A program made the translations under genes and the position numbers. Shown piece after piece: positions 36,154 through 46,694 of a stretch of DNA of 64,000 nucleotides (the stretch's first letter is position 1; each line of letters begins with the position of its first letter). This DNA is from Polyangiales bacterium (GTDB taxonomy: Bacteria > Myxococcota_A > Polyangia > Polyangiales > JADJQN01). Below the pieces are notes generated by a model. The model saw only the letters and a list, made by a program, of their open reading frames with translations. It was not told the origin of the DNA and did no database searches. The stretch lies in the NCBI GenBank assembly GCA_964202905.1, contig CAXNJO010000001.1, positions 352,001 to 416,000 on the forward strand, written 5' to 3'.

Positions 36154-37452
36154 ATGTCGTCGAAGATCGCCACGGCGCTGCTCGCGCTGTCGTTGCTCAC
36201 TGCGGCCCCGCTCGCCGCGCCGCGCGTCGCCTCCGCCTGCGGCGGCTGCTTCGCCCCGATGGGCACGCCGAACATCGTCACGCAGCACCGCATGGCGGTC
36301 GCCCTCTCGGGCCGCGAGACGACGCTCTGGGACCAGATCCAGTACGCAGGCGCGCCGGAGGACTTCGTCTGGGTGCTGCCGGTGAGCGCGGGCGTCGAGG
36401 TGGAGCTCGCGGACAACGCGTTCTTCGAGGCGCTCGCGGCCGGGACGCAGATCACGATGACGGCGCCGCTGCCCCCGCTGCCCTGCTTCTGCGCCGACAG
36501 CGGCTTCGGCTGCGGCATGGCCGCCTCGGACTCGGTGGCGCGCGGGGCCTTCCCGCCGTCCGTCGAGGACGACGGCGGCGTCACGGTCTTTCACGAGGGC
36601 AACATCGGCCCTTACGAGACGGCCACCGTGCAGTCGGACGACGCGATGGCGCTCGTCGACTGGCTGCAGTCGCGGGGCTACGGCGTGCCCGACCAGATCG
36701 TGCCGACGATCGCGCACTACAGCGACCTCGGCCTCGCGTTCGCGGTGCTGCGTCTGCGGCCGAGCGTCGGCGTCCAGCAGATGCAGCCCGTGCGCATCAC
36801 GGTGCCCGGGCTCGCGCCGACCTTCCCGCTGCGCATGGTCTCGGCGGGCGCGACGGAGACGCTCGCGCTCGAGCTCTACGTCTTCGCCGAGGGGCGCAGC
36901 CAGACCATGAACATGGAGACGCTGGAGCTCGATCGGGCCGCCATCACCTTCGACTGGGCGACGGGCGCCTTCGACTACGATGCGCGCTTCGACGCCGCGA
37001 TCCGCGACGCGGGCGGGCGCGCGTGGGTGGCCGAGTACGCGGGGCCGCTGCCGGCCATCACCTCGGCGTACGCGAGCCTCGACCCGGTCGACGGCACGTC
37101 GCACACGCCGACCGACGACCTCGAGCGCGTGCGGCGCGGGCTCCCCGCGCAGCTCGTCCTGACCAAGCTGCGCACGCGCATGTCGCCGAACCTGCTCGAC
37201 CGCGACCTCGTGCTCGGCGCGGCCTACACGGAAGCGGAGCTCAGCACGCGGATCGACGTCACCCGCGAGCTCAACCGCGCGCCCGACCCGGACTGCGCCA
37301 CCGCGTGCGGCGACGGCCCCTCCGAGTTCGAGGGCTGCAGCGTCCACGACGAGGCCCACCGCCCGCGCCGCGATCGCGGGCTGCCGCTCGCGCTCGCGCT
37401 GCTCGCCGCGCCGCTCGCCTTGTGGCTGCGCCGCCGTGGGCGTCGGCGCTGA
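36154..37452 (+). CDS. DUF2330-like secreted protein with MYXO-CTERM-like tail
   Basis: Signal peptide then ACGGCF, WDQIQYAG, FVWVLPV, IGPYE, FPLRMV; C-terminal GCSV...hydrophobic helix-RRRGRRR. Confidence 0.8.
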   Translation: MSSKIATALLALSLLTAAPLAAPRVASACGGCFAPMGTPNIVTQHRMAVALSGRETTLWDQIQYAGAPEDFVWVLPVSAGVEVELADNAFFEALAAGTQITMTAPLPPLPCFCADSGFGCGMAASDSVARGAFPPSVEDDGGVTVFHEGNIGPYETATVQSDDAMALVDWLQSRGYGVPDQIVPTIAHYSDLGLAFAVLRLRPSVGVQQMQPVRITVPGLAPTFPLRMVSAGATETLALELYVFAEGRSQTMNMETLELDRAAITFDWATGAFDYDARFDAAIRDAGGRAWVAEYAGPLPAITSAYASLDPVDGTSHTPTDDLERVRRGLPAQLVLTKLRTRMSPNLLDRDLVLGAAYTEAELSTRIDVTRELNRAPDPDCATACGDGPSEFEGCSVHDEAHRPRRDRGLPLALALLAAPLALWLRRRGRRR

Positions 37453-37558
37453 GCGGCGACACATCAACCTCTTTGATATGTTGGCCGCGACGCGTCGTGC
37501 GACCGCGCAGCGCGCGGCCCTGCGTGCACCGGCGCGCGGCTCGCGTATCCTCGCGCGC

Positions 37559-38614
37559 GTGACCAAGCTGGCCGAGCGATGGACGGGCCTCGCGGCGGTG
37601 CCGCGGATCGCGCTCGCGACCCTGCCGACGCCGGTCGAGCGGCTCGCGCAGGTCTCCGAGCGGGCGGGCGCCGAGGTCTGGGTGAAGCGCGACGACCTGA
37701 CCTCGCCGGCCTACGGCGGCAACAAGGTGCGCAAGCTCGAGTACCTGCTCGGCGCGGCGCGCGCGGCCGGCGCCGACACGCTGATCACCGTGGGCGCGCT
37801 CGGCTCGCACCACGTGCTCGCGACCTCGATCTTCGGCGCGCAGGAGGGCTTCGACGTGCACGCGGTGCTCGGCCCGCAGCCGGGCACGGCGCACGTGATC
37901 GAGAGCGCGCGCTGCGACCTCGCCGCAGGCGCGACGCTGCACGCGGTGCCGACCTTCGCGCTCGTGCCCGTCGCGGCGCATGCGCTCGCGCTGCGGCTGC
38001 GGCTGCAGGGGCGCACGCCGTTCGTGATCCCCGCGGGCGGCTCGTCGGAGGTCGGCGCGCTCGGCTACGTCGAGGCGGGCGTCGAGCTCGCCGCGCAGCT
38101 CGACGCCCGCGCGCTCCCGGAGCCGCGCGCCATCCACATCGCGCTCGGCACGGGCGGCACCGTCGCGGGCGCCGCCGTCGGGCTCGCGGCGTGCGGCGTG
38201 ACGGCCGAGATCGTCGGCGTGCGCGTGACGGATCCCGCGCTCTCGAACCGCGTCGTGCTCGGGCGGCTCGTGCACCGCATGGTCGCGCGCCTGCGCACGC
38301 TCGACCCGCGCTTCCCCGACGTCGCGGACCTCGCGCTCTCGCGCATCCGCATCGAGCCGCGCGAGCTCGGGCGCGGCTACGGCGTCGCGACGGACGCGGC
38401 GCGCTTCGCAGACGGGCTCGCGCGCGTGGACGGGATCGCGCTCGAGACGACGTACACCGCCAAGACCCTCGCGGGCCTCATGCGCGACGCCGCGGGGCGC
38501 GCGCCCCGCACGCCGCTGCTCTACTGGCACACGCTCTCGAGCGCGGACCTCGCGCCGCTGCTCGCGCGCGCTCCCTCGGCCCTGCCGCGCACGATCGCGG
38601 CGCTGGCGCGCTGA
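37559..38614 (+). CDS. D-cysteine desulfhydrase / ACC deaminase family PLP enzyme
   Basis: VKRDD, YGGNKVRKLE, GTGGT, YTAK. Confidence 0.88.
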   Translation: MTKLAERWTGLAAVPRIALATLPTPVERLAQVSERAGAEVWVKRDDLTSPAYGGNKVRKLEYLLGAARAAGADTLITVGALGSHHVLATSIFGAQEGFDVHAVLGPQPGTAHVIESARCDLAAGATLHAVPTFALVPVAAHALALRLRLQGRTPFVIPAGGSSEVGALGYVEAGVELAAQLDARALPEPRAIHIALGTGGTVAGAAVGLAACGVTAEIVGVRVTDPALSNRVVLGRLVHRMVARLRTLDPRFPDVADLALSRIRIEPRELGRGYGVATDAARFADGLARVDGIALETTYTAKTLAGLMRDAAGRAPRTPLLYWHTLSSADLAPLLARAPSALPRTIAALAR

Positions 38615-38620
38615 GGCGCG

Positions 38621-39523
38621 ATGCACGCGCTCCTCGAGGCCCTCCGCGGCTCGGACGCCCCGCTCTGGCAGTGGGCCGCGCGGATCGGCGGCACGCTGGT
38701 GGTACTCGTCGGGGCCGCGATCGCCTGGAAACTCGTGGGTTTCGCGGTGCGCGCGATCGAAGCCCGCGCGACGGCGGAGGGCTCGGACCCGCAGCGCGCG
38801 CGCGGCGTCGTCACCCAGGCGAAGGTGCTCGGGCGCGTGCTGCACATCGCGGTCGTGGTCGTCGGCGGCGCGCTCGTGCTCGTGCAGTACGACGTGCTCC
38901 GCACCGTGGGCGTCTCGTTGCTCGCGAGCGCGGGCGTCGCCGGCATCGTGCTCGGCGTCGCGGCGCAGCGCCCGATCGGCGCGCTGCTCGCGGGCTTGCA
39001 GCTCTCGTTCACGCAGCCCGTGCGCATCGGCGATCAGGTGGTGGTCGAGGGCGAGTTCGGCACGGTGGAGGAGCTCACGCTGAGCTACGCGGTCGTCAAG
39101 CTCGGCGACCAGCGCCGGCTCGTGGTGCCGGTCACGCATTTCCTCGAAAAGCCCTTCGAAAACTGGACGCGCATGGACCCGGCGCTCGTCGGCGCGGTGG
39201 TCCTGCACGTGGACTTCAAGGCCCCGATCGAGACGCTGCGGCGCGAGGCGCTCGCCTTCATCGAGACGCACCCGTGCTGGGACGGCGTGACCCGCACGCT
39301 CGCCGTGAGCGAGATGGGACCGCGCACCATGACGCTGCGCGCCAGCGCGAGCGCGGCCGACGCCGAGCGCATGTTCACGCTGCGCAACGACCTGCGCGAA
39401 CACCTCATCACGTGCCTGCAAGACCTCGACGGCGGCGCGTATTTGCCGAAGGATCGCATCGGCCACGCGGACGACATGCCACCCCCGCAGCTCGAGGGCG
39501 GCGATCCCTTCTCTCGCAACTGA
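38621..39523 (+). CDS. Small-conductance mechanosensitive channel family protein
   Basis: SAGVAGIVLGVAAQ, QPVRIGD, PFENWT. Confidence 0.9.
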   Translation: MHALLEALRGSDAPLWQWAARIGGTLVVLVGAAIAWKLVGFAVRAIEARATAEGSDPQRARGVVTQAKVLGRVLHIAVVVVGGALVLVQYDVLRTVGVSLLASAGVAGIVLGVAAQRPIGALLAGLQLSFTQPVRIGDQVVVEGEFGTVEELTLSYAVVKLGDQRRLVVPVTHFLEKPFENWTRMDPALVGAVVLHVDFKAPIETLRREALAFIETHPCWDGVTRTLAVSEMGPRTMTLRASASAADAERMFTLRNDLREHLITCLQDLDGGAYLPKDRIGHADDMPPPQLEGGDPFSRN

Positions 39524-39586
39524 ATTGCAGAAAACGGCCGCGTTGGGACGCCGGTTCGCGGCGCGGCCGGGCTACGCTGCGTGGCC

Positions 39587-40795
39587 ATGATCCCCCCGCT
39601 GTCGCCGCACGCCGAGGAGTTCCACGCCCGCCTGCTCGCCTTCATGGACGAGCACGTCTACCCCGCCGAGCGCACGCTCGCCGAGGCCCCGCGGCCACAC
39701 GGGGAGCGCTGGCACCCGCTGCCCGTCGTCGAGTCGCTCAAGCAGGAGGCGCGCGCGCGGGGGCTGTGGAACCTCTTCCTCCCCGAGTCGGCGCACGGCG
39801 CGGGCCTCACGAACCGCGACTACGCGGCGCTCTGCGAAGTGATGGGCCGCTCGCCGCTGCTCGCACCCGAGGCGTGCAACTGCTCGGCGCCCGACACCGG
39901 CAACATGGAGGTGCTCGTCCGCTACGGCACCGAGGCGCAGAAGGCGCAGTGGCTCACGCCGCTGCTCGCGGGCGAGATCCGCTCCTGCTTCGCGATGACC
40001 GAGCCCGACGTCGCCTCGTCGGACGCGACGAACATCGCCTGCCGCATCGCGAAGGACGGCGACGACTACGTGATCGACGGCCGCAAGTGGTGGACGACGG
40101 GCGCGCCCGATCCGCGCTGCGCCGTCGCGATCGTCATGGGCCGCACGCGCGAGGACGGGCCGCGGCACCTGCAGCAGTCGATGGTGCTCGTGCCGATGGA
40201 CGCGCCGGGCCTGCGCCTCGTCCGGCCGCTCACCGTCTTCGGCTACGACGACGCGCCGCACGGCCACGCGGAGCTCGTCTTCGAGAACGTGCGCGTGCCG
40301 CGCGCGAACGTGCTGCTCGGCGAGGGGCGCGGCTTCGAGATCGCGCAGGGCCGCCTCGGGCCGGGCCGCATCCACCACTGCATGCGCCTCGTCGGCATGG
40401 CCGAGCGCGCGCTCGAGCTGATGTGCGCGCGCGTGAAGGCGCGGGTCGCCTTCGGCATCCCGCTCGCCGAGCAGGGCACCATCCGCCGCGACATCGCGCG
40501 CTCGCGCGTCGAGATCGATCAGGCGCGCCTGCTCACGCTGCACGCCGCGCACCGCATGGACACGGTCGGCAATCAGGTCGCGCGCGCCGAGATCGCGATG
40601 ATCAAGGTCGTCGCGCCGCAGATGGCGCTCGACGTGCTCGACCGCGCCATCCAGGCCTTCGGCGGCGCGGGCGTCAGCCAGGACACCCCGCTCGCGCACA
40701 TGTGGGCCGCGGCGCGCACCCTGCGCCTCGCCGACGGCCCCGACGAGGTGCACCTCGAGTCGCTCGCGAAGCTCGAGCTCAAGAAGGGCGGCTGA
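39587..40795 (+). CDS. Acyl-CoA dehydrogenase (ACAD10/11, FadE2-like)
   Basis: [51 protein letters not shown]. Confidence 0.93.
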   Translation: MIPPLSPHAEEFHARLLAFMDEHVYPAERTLAEAPRPHGERWHPLPVVESLKQEARARGLWNLFLPESAHGAGLTNRDYAALCEVMGRSPLLAPEACNCSAPDTGNMEVLVRYGTEAQKAQWLTPLLAGEIRSCFAMTEPDVASSDATNIACRIAKDGDDYVIDGRKWWTTGAPDPRCAVAIVMGRTREDGPRHLQQSMVLVPMDAPGLRLVRPLTVFGYDDAPHGHAELVFENVRVPRANVLLGEGRGFEIAQGRLGPGRIHHCMRLVGMAERALELMCARVKARVAFGIPLAEQGTIRRDIARSRVEIDQARLLTLHAAHRMDTVGNQVARAEIAMIKVVAPQMALDVLDRAIQAFGGAGVSQDTPLAHMWAAARTLRLADGPDEVHLESLAKLELKKGG

Positions 40796-40873
40796 GCGCG
40801 CGGCGGGCGCGGGCCGCGCGGCGGGTCGCACCGAGCACGACGAGCAGCGCGAGCCACGCGTAAACCATCGAAT

Positions 40874-41275
40874 TTACGGCTGATCCGCGCGCGATGCGGC
40901 AGCCGCAGCCGCCGTCGTCGGGCGCGTCGTGTCGCAGAAATCTTCACCATCGTATTCGATGGCGCCGATGTCCGACCTCGCGGCGTCGCGGGCGTTGCCG
41001 CAGCAGTCGTCGACGACCTCGGCGAGGGGTGCGCGTTGGTCGATGAACGCCGTCCCGTCGCGCAGCGTGAAGTCGGCCGCGCCCGGGTCCGCGAACCACG
41101 CGGCCCAGTCGCCATCCGCGAGCACGATCACGTCGCCCGCGACGGCCGCGTCGAGGGCGGCCCGCAGCGACGCGACGTCGGTCACGGGCACATCGCGCGC
41201 CGCGGCGAACGAGGGCACGGTGAGTGTCGCTGCGAGCACGAGGAGCGGGGCGACGAGGCGCGGGGACGCATGCAT
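40874..41275 (-). pseudogene. Collapsed secreted parallel beta-helix protein (N-cap joined to C-terminal motif)
   Basis: Signal peptide, SLRAALDAAVAGDVIVLADG (beta-helix N-cap), then directly WFADPGAADFTL...DIGAIEY; only about 133 aa. Confidence 0.6.
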
Positions 41276-41307
41276 CCCTCGAAGGTCAGGCAGAGCAGGC
41301 GCAGGGG

Positions 41308-42276
41308 TCAATCACGCGCGTCGACGCGCTGCGCGAGCACGAGCGCCGCGAGCGCGCGGCCGCTCTCCCAGGCGGCCTCGATGCGCGGGCCGAGCATCCC
41401 ATCGCCCGCGACGCCGAGGCCGCGCGCCGCGTCGTAGAGCGCGGGCACGCCGAGCGGCGCGACGACGCGCGCGAAGCGCCAGCGGTGCGCCTGCGCGAAG
41501 CGGACGCGCAGATCGCCGAAGCCGGGCCACGCGCGGAGGGCCGCGACGAGGGCCGAGGACACGGCTTCGTCCGAGTCTTCGAGGTGCGCGACGGAAAACG
41601 CGCTCGACGCATGCACCACGAGACGCACGAGCGCGTCGTCGGGCAGGCGCCCGGGCTTGTGGCCCTCGCGGACGAGCAGCGAGATGGCGTCGCGGTCCGC
41701 GCCATCCGTGAAGGTGCGCGCGGGCCACGCCACGCCCTCCGCGTCGCAGAGCAGGAGCAGGGCCCACGTCGGCGCGTATTGCACGCGTGCGAGCGGCTCC
41801 TCGAACACGCCATGCGGCGCGAGCAGCGCGGCGCTCTGCGGCGCGGGCGCGGTGAACAGGACGACGTCGAAGGGGCCGGGATCGTCGCCGCCCTCGAGCG
41901 CGAGGCGCCACGCGCGCTTCGCGCGGCGCAACCCCGTCACGCGCGTCGAGACGCGCACCTCGAGCCCCACGGCGAGCGCGCGCGCGAGCGCGTTCGCGTC
42001 GGGCTGCGGCAGCCACCACGGCTCGTACGACACGGACTCGGTCCGCGCGACGACGCCCGCGCGCTCCCAGGCCGCGACCTCCGCGCGGAAGGCCTCCCCG
42101 CGCGCGCTGAAGCGCTGCGCGCCATGGTCGAACGCGCCCTGTTCGCGGCGTCGCGTCGCGACCCGCCCGCCCACGGTGCGCCCCTTGTCGAACACGGCGA
42201 CCTCGCAGCCCGCGTCGCGCAGCGTGCGCGCAAGCACGAGCCCCGAGACCCCGGCTCCGACGACCGCCGCGCGCAT
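41308..42276 (-). CDS. Renalase-like NAD(P)/FAD-dependent oxidoreductase
   Basis: VVGAGVSG, GGRVATRR, FDHGAQ, HRWRFA, AGDG, IEAAWESG. Confidence 0.88.
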   Translation of the reverse strand: MRAAVVGAGVSGLVLARTLRDAGCEVAVFDKGRTVGGRVATRRREQGAFDHGAQRFSARGEAFRAEVAAWERAGVVARTESVSYEPWWLPQPDANALARALAVGLEVRVSTRVTGLRRAKRAWRLALEGGDDPGPFDVVLFTAPAPQSAALLAPHGVFEEPLARVQYAPTWALLLLCDAEGVAWPARTFTDGADRDAISLLVREGHKPGRLPDDALVRLVVHASSAFSVAHLEDSDEAVSSALVAALRAWPGFGDLRVRFAQAHRWRFARVVAPLGVPALYDAARGLGVAGDGMLGPRIEAAWESGRALAALVLAQRVDARD

Positions 42277-42358
42277 GACCGTGGGCTTAGCAGGTGTCCC
42301 CCTCTCACTCACCACGGCGAACTTCGAAAACGCGCCGTGTCGATGGCAACCTCGGCCC

Positions 42359-43555
42359 ATGTCCAAGCAGGAAGCCTCGCCGGTCGCAAAACTCGAGAAG
42401 CTCACCACCGGCCACGGCGCGCTCGAGCCCGGCAAAGGCCTCGCGAGCGGCGTCGTCGCCCTCTGCCTCGCGGTCCTCGCGCTGCTCGCGGTCATCGCCT
42501 TCCACTTCCCCGCGTACACGAGCACGCCCGAGTTCCGGAAGGTCTACGACGTCGGCACGCTGCGCGTCGTGCTCTTCGTGGTGATGCTCGTGTCGGGCGT
42601 CATCTCCGTGTTCAACAGCGTCTTCGGCCGCGCGCGCTGGCTCTCGCTCACGGCCTTCGCGGTGCTCGCGGTCGCGCAGCTGCTCGGCGGCGCGACGGTG
42701 CCGGTGGGCGACTTCGCGGATCACACGCCGTACATCGGCCTCGATTTCCTGCTGCTCGATCTGCTCGGCTCGACGCTGCTCTTCGTCTTCCTCGAGAAGC
42801 TCTTCCCGCTGCGGCGCGAGCAGCCCGTGTTCCGCCCCGAGTGGCAGGTCGATCTGCAGCATTTCCTGCTCAATCACCTCTCGGTCGGCCTCGTGCTCGT
42901 CGTGGTGAACCGGGCCGTACACGCCGCGTTCTCGTGGGCCGAGAGCGACACGGTGCAGCACTTCGTCTCGACGATCCCCTTCGTTTTGCAGCTTTTTCTC
43001 TGCATCCTCGCCGCCGACCTCGTGCAGTACTGGCTGCACCGCGCCTACCACGAGGTGGGCTTCCTCTGGCGCTTCCACTCGGTGCACCACAGCGCGAAGG
43101 CGATGGACTGGCTCGCGGGCTCGCGGCAGCACCTGCTCGAGCTGATCGTCACGCGCATCCTCGTGCTCGCGCCGATCTTCGTGCTGGGTTTCTCGCAGCG
43201 CGTCGTCGACGCCTACGTGCTCGTCGTGGGCTTTCAGGCCGTGTTCAACCACGCCAACGTGAGCGCGCGGCTCGGGCCGCTGCGCTACGTGCTCGTGACG
43301 CCCAACTTCCACCACTGGCACCACTCGCGCGACACCGAGGCGATCGACAAGAACTACGCCGCGCACTTCGCCTTCCTCGACTACCTCTTCGGCACCGCCG
43401 TCACGGCCGACCGCAAGTGGCCCGATCGCTACGGCGTCATCGGCGACTACGTGCCCGCGAACCTGCTCGGGCAGATCGCGTTCCCGTTCACCGGTTCCAC
43501 GGAGAGCCGCGAAGAGCGCCGCGCCTCGCGCGCACCGATGCCGCCGGGCGCGTGA
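42359..43555 (+). CDS. Sterol desaturase / fatty acid hydroxylase superfamily protein
   Basis: His boxes HRAYH, HSVHH, HHWHH, plus FNHAN and KNYA; extra N-terminal TM helices. Confidence 0.9.
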   Translation: MSKQEASPVAKLEKLTTGHGALEPGKGLASGVVALCLAVLALLAVIAFHFPAYTSTPEFRKVYDVGTLRVVLFVVMLVSGVISVFNSVFGRARWLSLTAFAVLAVAQLLGGATVPVGDFADHTPYIGLDFLLLDLLGSTLLFVFLEKLFPLRREQPVFRPEWQVDLQHFLLNHLSVGLVLVVVNRAVHAAFSWAESDTVQHFVSTIPFVLQLFLCILAADLVQYWLHRAYHEVGFLWRFHSVHHSAKAMDWLAGSRQHLLELIVTRILVLAPIFVLGFSQRVVDAYVLVVGFQAVFNHANVSARLGPLRYVLVTPNFHHWHHSRDTEAIDKNYAAHFAFLDYLFGTAVTADRKWPDRYGVIGDYVPANLLGQIAFPFTGSTESREERRASRAPMPPGA

Positions 43556-43591
43556 TCGCACCGCGCGCGTCGCGTGCGCAGGGCGCGCCGC

Positions 43592-44635
43592 TCAGGTCGC
43601 GAGCCAGCGCGCGAGCTCGCCCGTGACGAAGCGCGGCGCGGTGCGCAGCGCGGCGAGATCCTTCGCGCCGACGAGCACCATCACCGCGCGCAGCGTCTGC
43701 TCGACGCCGTCGAGGAAGGCGTCCGCCCCCTCGCGCCCGCCCGCCGTCAGCGCCTGCAGACACGGCCGCGCGATGCCGCCCGCGCTCGCGCCGAGCGCGA
43801 TGGCCTTCGCCACGTCGAGCCCCGTCTTGAGCCCGCCCGTCGCGATCACGGTGAGGTCTTCGCGTGCGACCAGCCCGACGGACGCGGCCGTCGGGATGCC
43901 CCAGTCCCACAGCACCTCACCGAGCGCCTTCGCCGCGCCCGACGCGCGCAGCGTCTCGACGCCCACCCACGAGGTGCCGCCCGCGCCGCTCACATCCACG
44001 TGCCGCACGCCGCACGCGCGCAGCTTCCGCGCGAGCTCGGCGCTCACGCCGTTCCCCGTCTCCTTGGCGATGACCGGGACGGGCAGCTCGCGCACGAGCC
44101 GCTCGAAGGTCGCGAAACCACCGCGGAAATCGCGATCGCCGCCCGGCTGCACGAGCTCCTGCGCGGGGTTCATGTGCACGCAGAGCGCGTCGGCGCCGAT
44201 GTCGCCGAGCATCTGCGCGATCTGCGCGCTCTCCCAGTCGCGCGCCTGCACCACGCCCACGTTGCCGAAGACGAGCGTCGTCGGTGCGGCCTCGCGGATC
44301 TGGTACGTCCACGCGGTGTCGGGCCGCCGCACCATCGCGCGCTGGCTGCCGAGGCCGAACGCGTAGCCGCGCGCCTCCGCGACCGCCGCGAGCTCGCGGT
44401 TGATCTGCGCCGCGCGCTCGGTGCCGCCCGTCATCGACGCGATCACGATCGGCGCGCGCAGCCGCTTGCCGAGCAACGTGAGCGAGGTGTCGACCTCGTC
44501 GGCGTGCACCTCGGGGAGCGACTGGTGCACGAGCCGCACGTCCTCGAAGAGCGTGGTGCGCTCGCGGAAGGCGACGGCGTCCGTCGCGCACAGGTCGAGG
44601 TGGTCTTCCTTGCGCCGTTGGAGGTCGGTGCTCAT
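43592..44635 (-). CDS. fni: Type 2 (FMN-dependent) isopentenyl-diphosphate isomerase
   Basis: RKEDHL, SMTGG, GSQR, NPAQE, KETGNG, GAGGTSW. Confidence 0.95.
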   Translation of the reverse strand: MSTDLQRRKEDHLDLCATDAVAFRERTTLFEDVRLVHQSLPEVHADEVDTSLTLLGKRLRAPIVIASMTGGTERAAQINRELAAVAEARGYAFGLGSQRAMVRRPDTAWTYQIREAAPTTLVFGNVGVVQARDWESAQIAQMLGDIGADALCVHMNPAQELVQPGGDRDFRGGFATFERLVRELPVPVIAKETGNGVSAELARKLRACGVRHVDVSGAGGTSWVGVETLRASGAAKALGEVLWDWGIPTAASVGLVAREDLTVIATGGLKTGLDVAKAIALGASAGGIARPCLQALTAGGREGADAFLDGVEQTLRAVMVLVGAKDLAALRTAPRFVTGELARWLAT

Positions 44636-44725
44636 GATGGCCGCCGCCTTGTAGGACCGCCGGCGCACACGGGCAATCAGCTGCGCGCGACGGGTCTTGC
44701 TGGCCGGAACGACGGAGCAGCGCGC

Positions 44726-45754
44726 ATGGAGTGGATGGCGGAGGTGCGGTCGCGCGTGGACGCGCGGCTCGCGCAGTACCTGAGCGACAAGCACGCATCC
44801 GCGGCGCGGCTCGGCGAGGACGCCGCCGTGCTCGTCGACGCGGTGCGCGGCCTCACGATGCGTGGCGGCAAGCGCCTCCGACCGGCCGTGATCGTCGCGA
44901 CCTACGACGCCGTGCGCGGCGACGACGCGCCCGACGACCTCACGCCCACGCTCGACGTGTGCGCCGCGCTCGAGGTGCTGCAGACGTACCTCCTCATCCA
45001 CGACGATTGGATGGATGGCGACGCCGAGCGGCGCGGCGGCCCCTCCGTGCACACCGCGCTCGCAGCGCGCTACGGCAGCACGCACCTCGGCGCCGCCGTC
45101 GCCGTGCTCGCAGGCGATCTCGCGTCCGCCTATGCCTGGGAGCTGCTTTGCCGGGCCACCTTCCCCGAAGGCCGCCTCGGCGACGCCATCACGGCCTTCC
45201 GCGTCATGCAGGAGGAGGTCGTCATCGGACAGCACCTCGACCTGCTGGGCGCCGCAGACGTATCACTGATGCAACATCTCAAGACGGGCAGCTACACGGT
45301 GCGCGGGCCCCTCGCGCTCGGTGCGCTGCTGGGCGGGGCGCGCCCGGAGCATGTATCGAGCTTGAATCTGTTCGGCGATCCGCTCGGGGTGGCCTTCCAG
45401 CTCCGCGACGATCTGCTCGGCACGTTCGGCGACCCGCGCACGACGGGCAAGCCCGCCGGCAACGACCTTCGCGCGGGCAAGCGCACGGCGCTCGTCGCCG
45501 CGGCCGAGCGCCTGCTCGAGCGCGACGCGCGCGGGCCGCTCGACGCGGTGCTCGGGCGCGCGGACGCGAGCAGCGCGGACGTCGAGGCGGCGACGCGGCT
45601 CCTCGAGACGTCGGGCGCGCGCGCGGACGTCGAGGCGCAGCTCGTCGCGCACCGGCGCGCGGCGCGGGAGGCCCTCGCGGCGGCGCCCATCTCGGAGCGC
45701 GGCCGGGCGCGGCTCACCGACCTGCTCGCGCTGCTCACCGAGCGGGATCACTGA
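44726..45754 (+). CDS. Short-chain polyprenyl (FPP/GGPP) synthase
   Basis: GGKRLRP, FARM HDDWMD..RRG with Tyr five residues upstream, KTGSYT, FQLRDD. Confidence 0.92.
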   Translation: MEWMAEVRSRVDARLAQYLSDKHASAARLGEDAAVLVDAVRGLTMRGGKRLRPAVIVATYDAVRGDDAPDDLTPTLDVCAALEVLQTYLLIHDDWMDGDAERRGGPSVHTALAARYGSTHLGAAVAVLAGDLASAYAWELLCRATFPEGRLGDAITAFRVMQEEVVIGQHLDLLGAADVSLMQHLKTGSYTVRGPLALGALLGGARPEHVSSLNLFGDPLGVAFQLRDDLLGTFGDPRTTGKPAGNDLRAGKRTALVAAAERLLERDARGPLDAVLGRADASSADVEAATRLLETSGARADVEAQLVAHRRAAREALAAAPISERGRARLTDLLALLTERDH

Positions 45755-45758
45755 CCCC

Positions 45759-46694
45759 ATGGCGCAGGCGTCCGGCAAGGTCATCCTGCTCGGCGAGCAC
45801 GCCGTCGTGTACGGGCACCCGGCGATCGCCGCGGGCCTCTCACGCGGCGTGACGGCGGAGGCCTCCCCGACGCCCGGCGCGCTCGACACGCTGTACGTGC
45901 GTCCCTGGGACGTGACGTTGGAGCTCCCCGCGGAGGGGCCCGGCGACGACGCGCCGCCGCTCGCGCGGGCCTTCGGCGAGGCGCTCGCGGGGCGCGACCC
46001 GGGCCGTCCGCGCGTGCGCGTCGAGGCCACCGTGGCGATCCCCGGCGGCAGCGGGCTCGGCTGCTCCGCGGCGCTCGGTGTCGCCGTGATCCGCGCCCTC
46101 GACGACGCCCTCGGCGCGTCGCACGACGCCGCCTCGCTGCTCGCGCGCTCCCTGCGCTGGGAGCGGGTGTTCCACGGGCAGCCATCGGGCGTCGACAACG
46201 CGATGGCGGCGTCGGGCGGGCTCGGCTGGTACGTGAAGGGAGAGCCGCTCACGCCGATCCGCGCACGCACGCCGCTGCACCTGGTCGTCGGCGACAGCGG
46301 CGAGTCGAGCGCCACCCGCGCCACCGTCGAGGCGATCGCGCGGCTGCACGCGCGCGCGCCCGACAAGACCTCGCAGACCATGGCCGCGATCGGGTCGATC
46401 GCGCGGAACGGGCGGCTCGCGATCGAGGCCGGCGACGCCCGGGCGCTCGGCCAGCTGATGGACATGAACCAGTGGTTGCTCGCGGCGCTCATGCTCTCGA
46501 CGCCGCGCCTCGAGGAGATGTGCGCGACCGCGCGCGCGGCCGGCGCACTCGGCGCGAAGCTCACGGGCGGCGGTGGAGGCGGCTGCATGATCGCGCTGTG
46601 CGCCGACGAGGCGGCCGCCGAGCGGGTGCGCGCCGCGCTCGTCGGGCTCGGCCGCGAGGCGTTCCAGGTGACCGTCGCGGGCGACGCGCCATGA
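45759..46694 (+). CDS. mvk: Mevalonate kinase
   Basis: GKVILLGEHAVVYG, PGGSGLGCSAA, HGQPSGVD, KLTGGGGGG. Confidence 0.93.
   Translation: MAQASGKVILLGEHAVVYGHPAIAAGLSRGVTAEASPTPGALDTLYVRPWDVTLELPAEGPGDDAPPLARAFGEALAGRDPGRPRVRVEATVAIPGGSGLGCSAALGVAVIRALDDALGASHDAASLLARSLRWERVFHGQPSGVDNAMAASGGLGWYVKGEPLTPIRARTPLHLVVGDSGESSATRATVEAIARLHARAPDKTSQTMAAIGSIARNGRLAIEAGDARALGQLMDMNQWLLAALMLSTPRLEEMCATARAAGALGAKLTGGGGGGCMIALCADEAAAERVRAALVGLGREAFQVTVAGDAP

Noticed and set aside
39587..40795. Isovaleryl-CoA dehydrogenase linking leucine catabolism to mevalonate
   Set aside because: Motifs ([18 protein letters not shown]) indicate the ACAD10/11-FadE2 group instead
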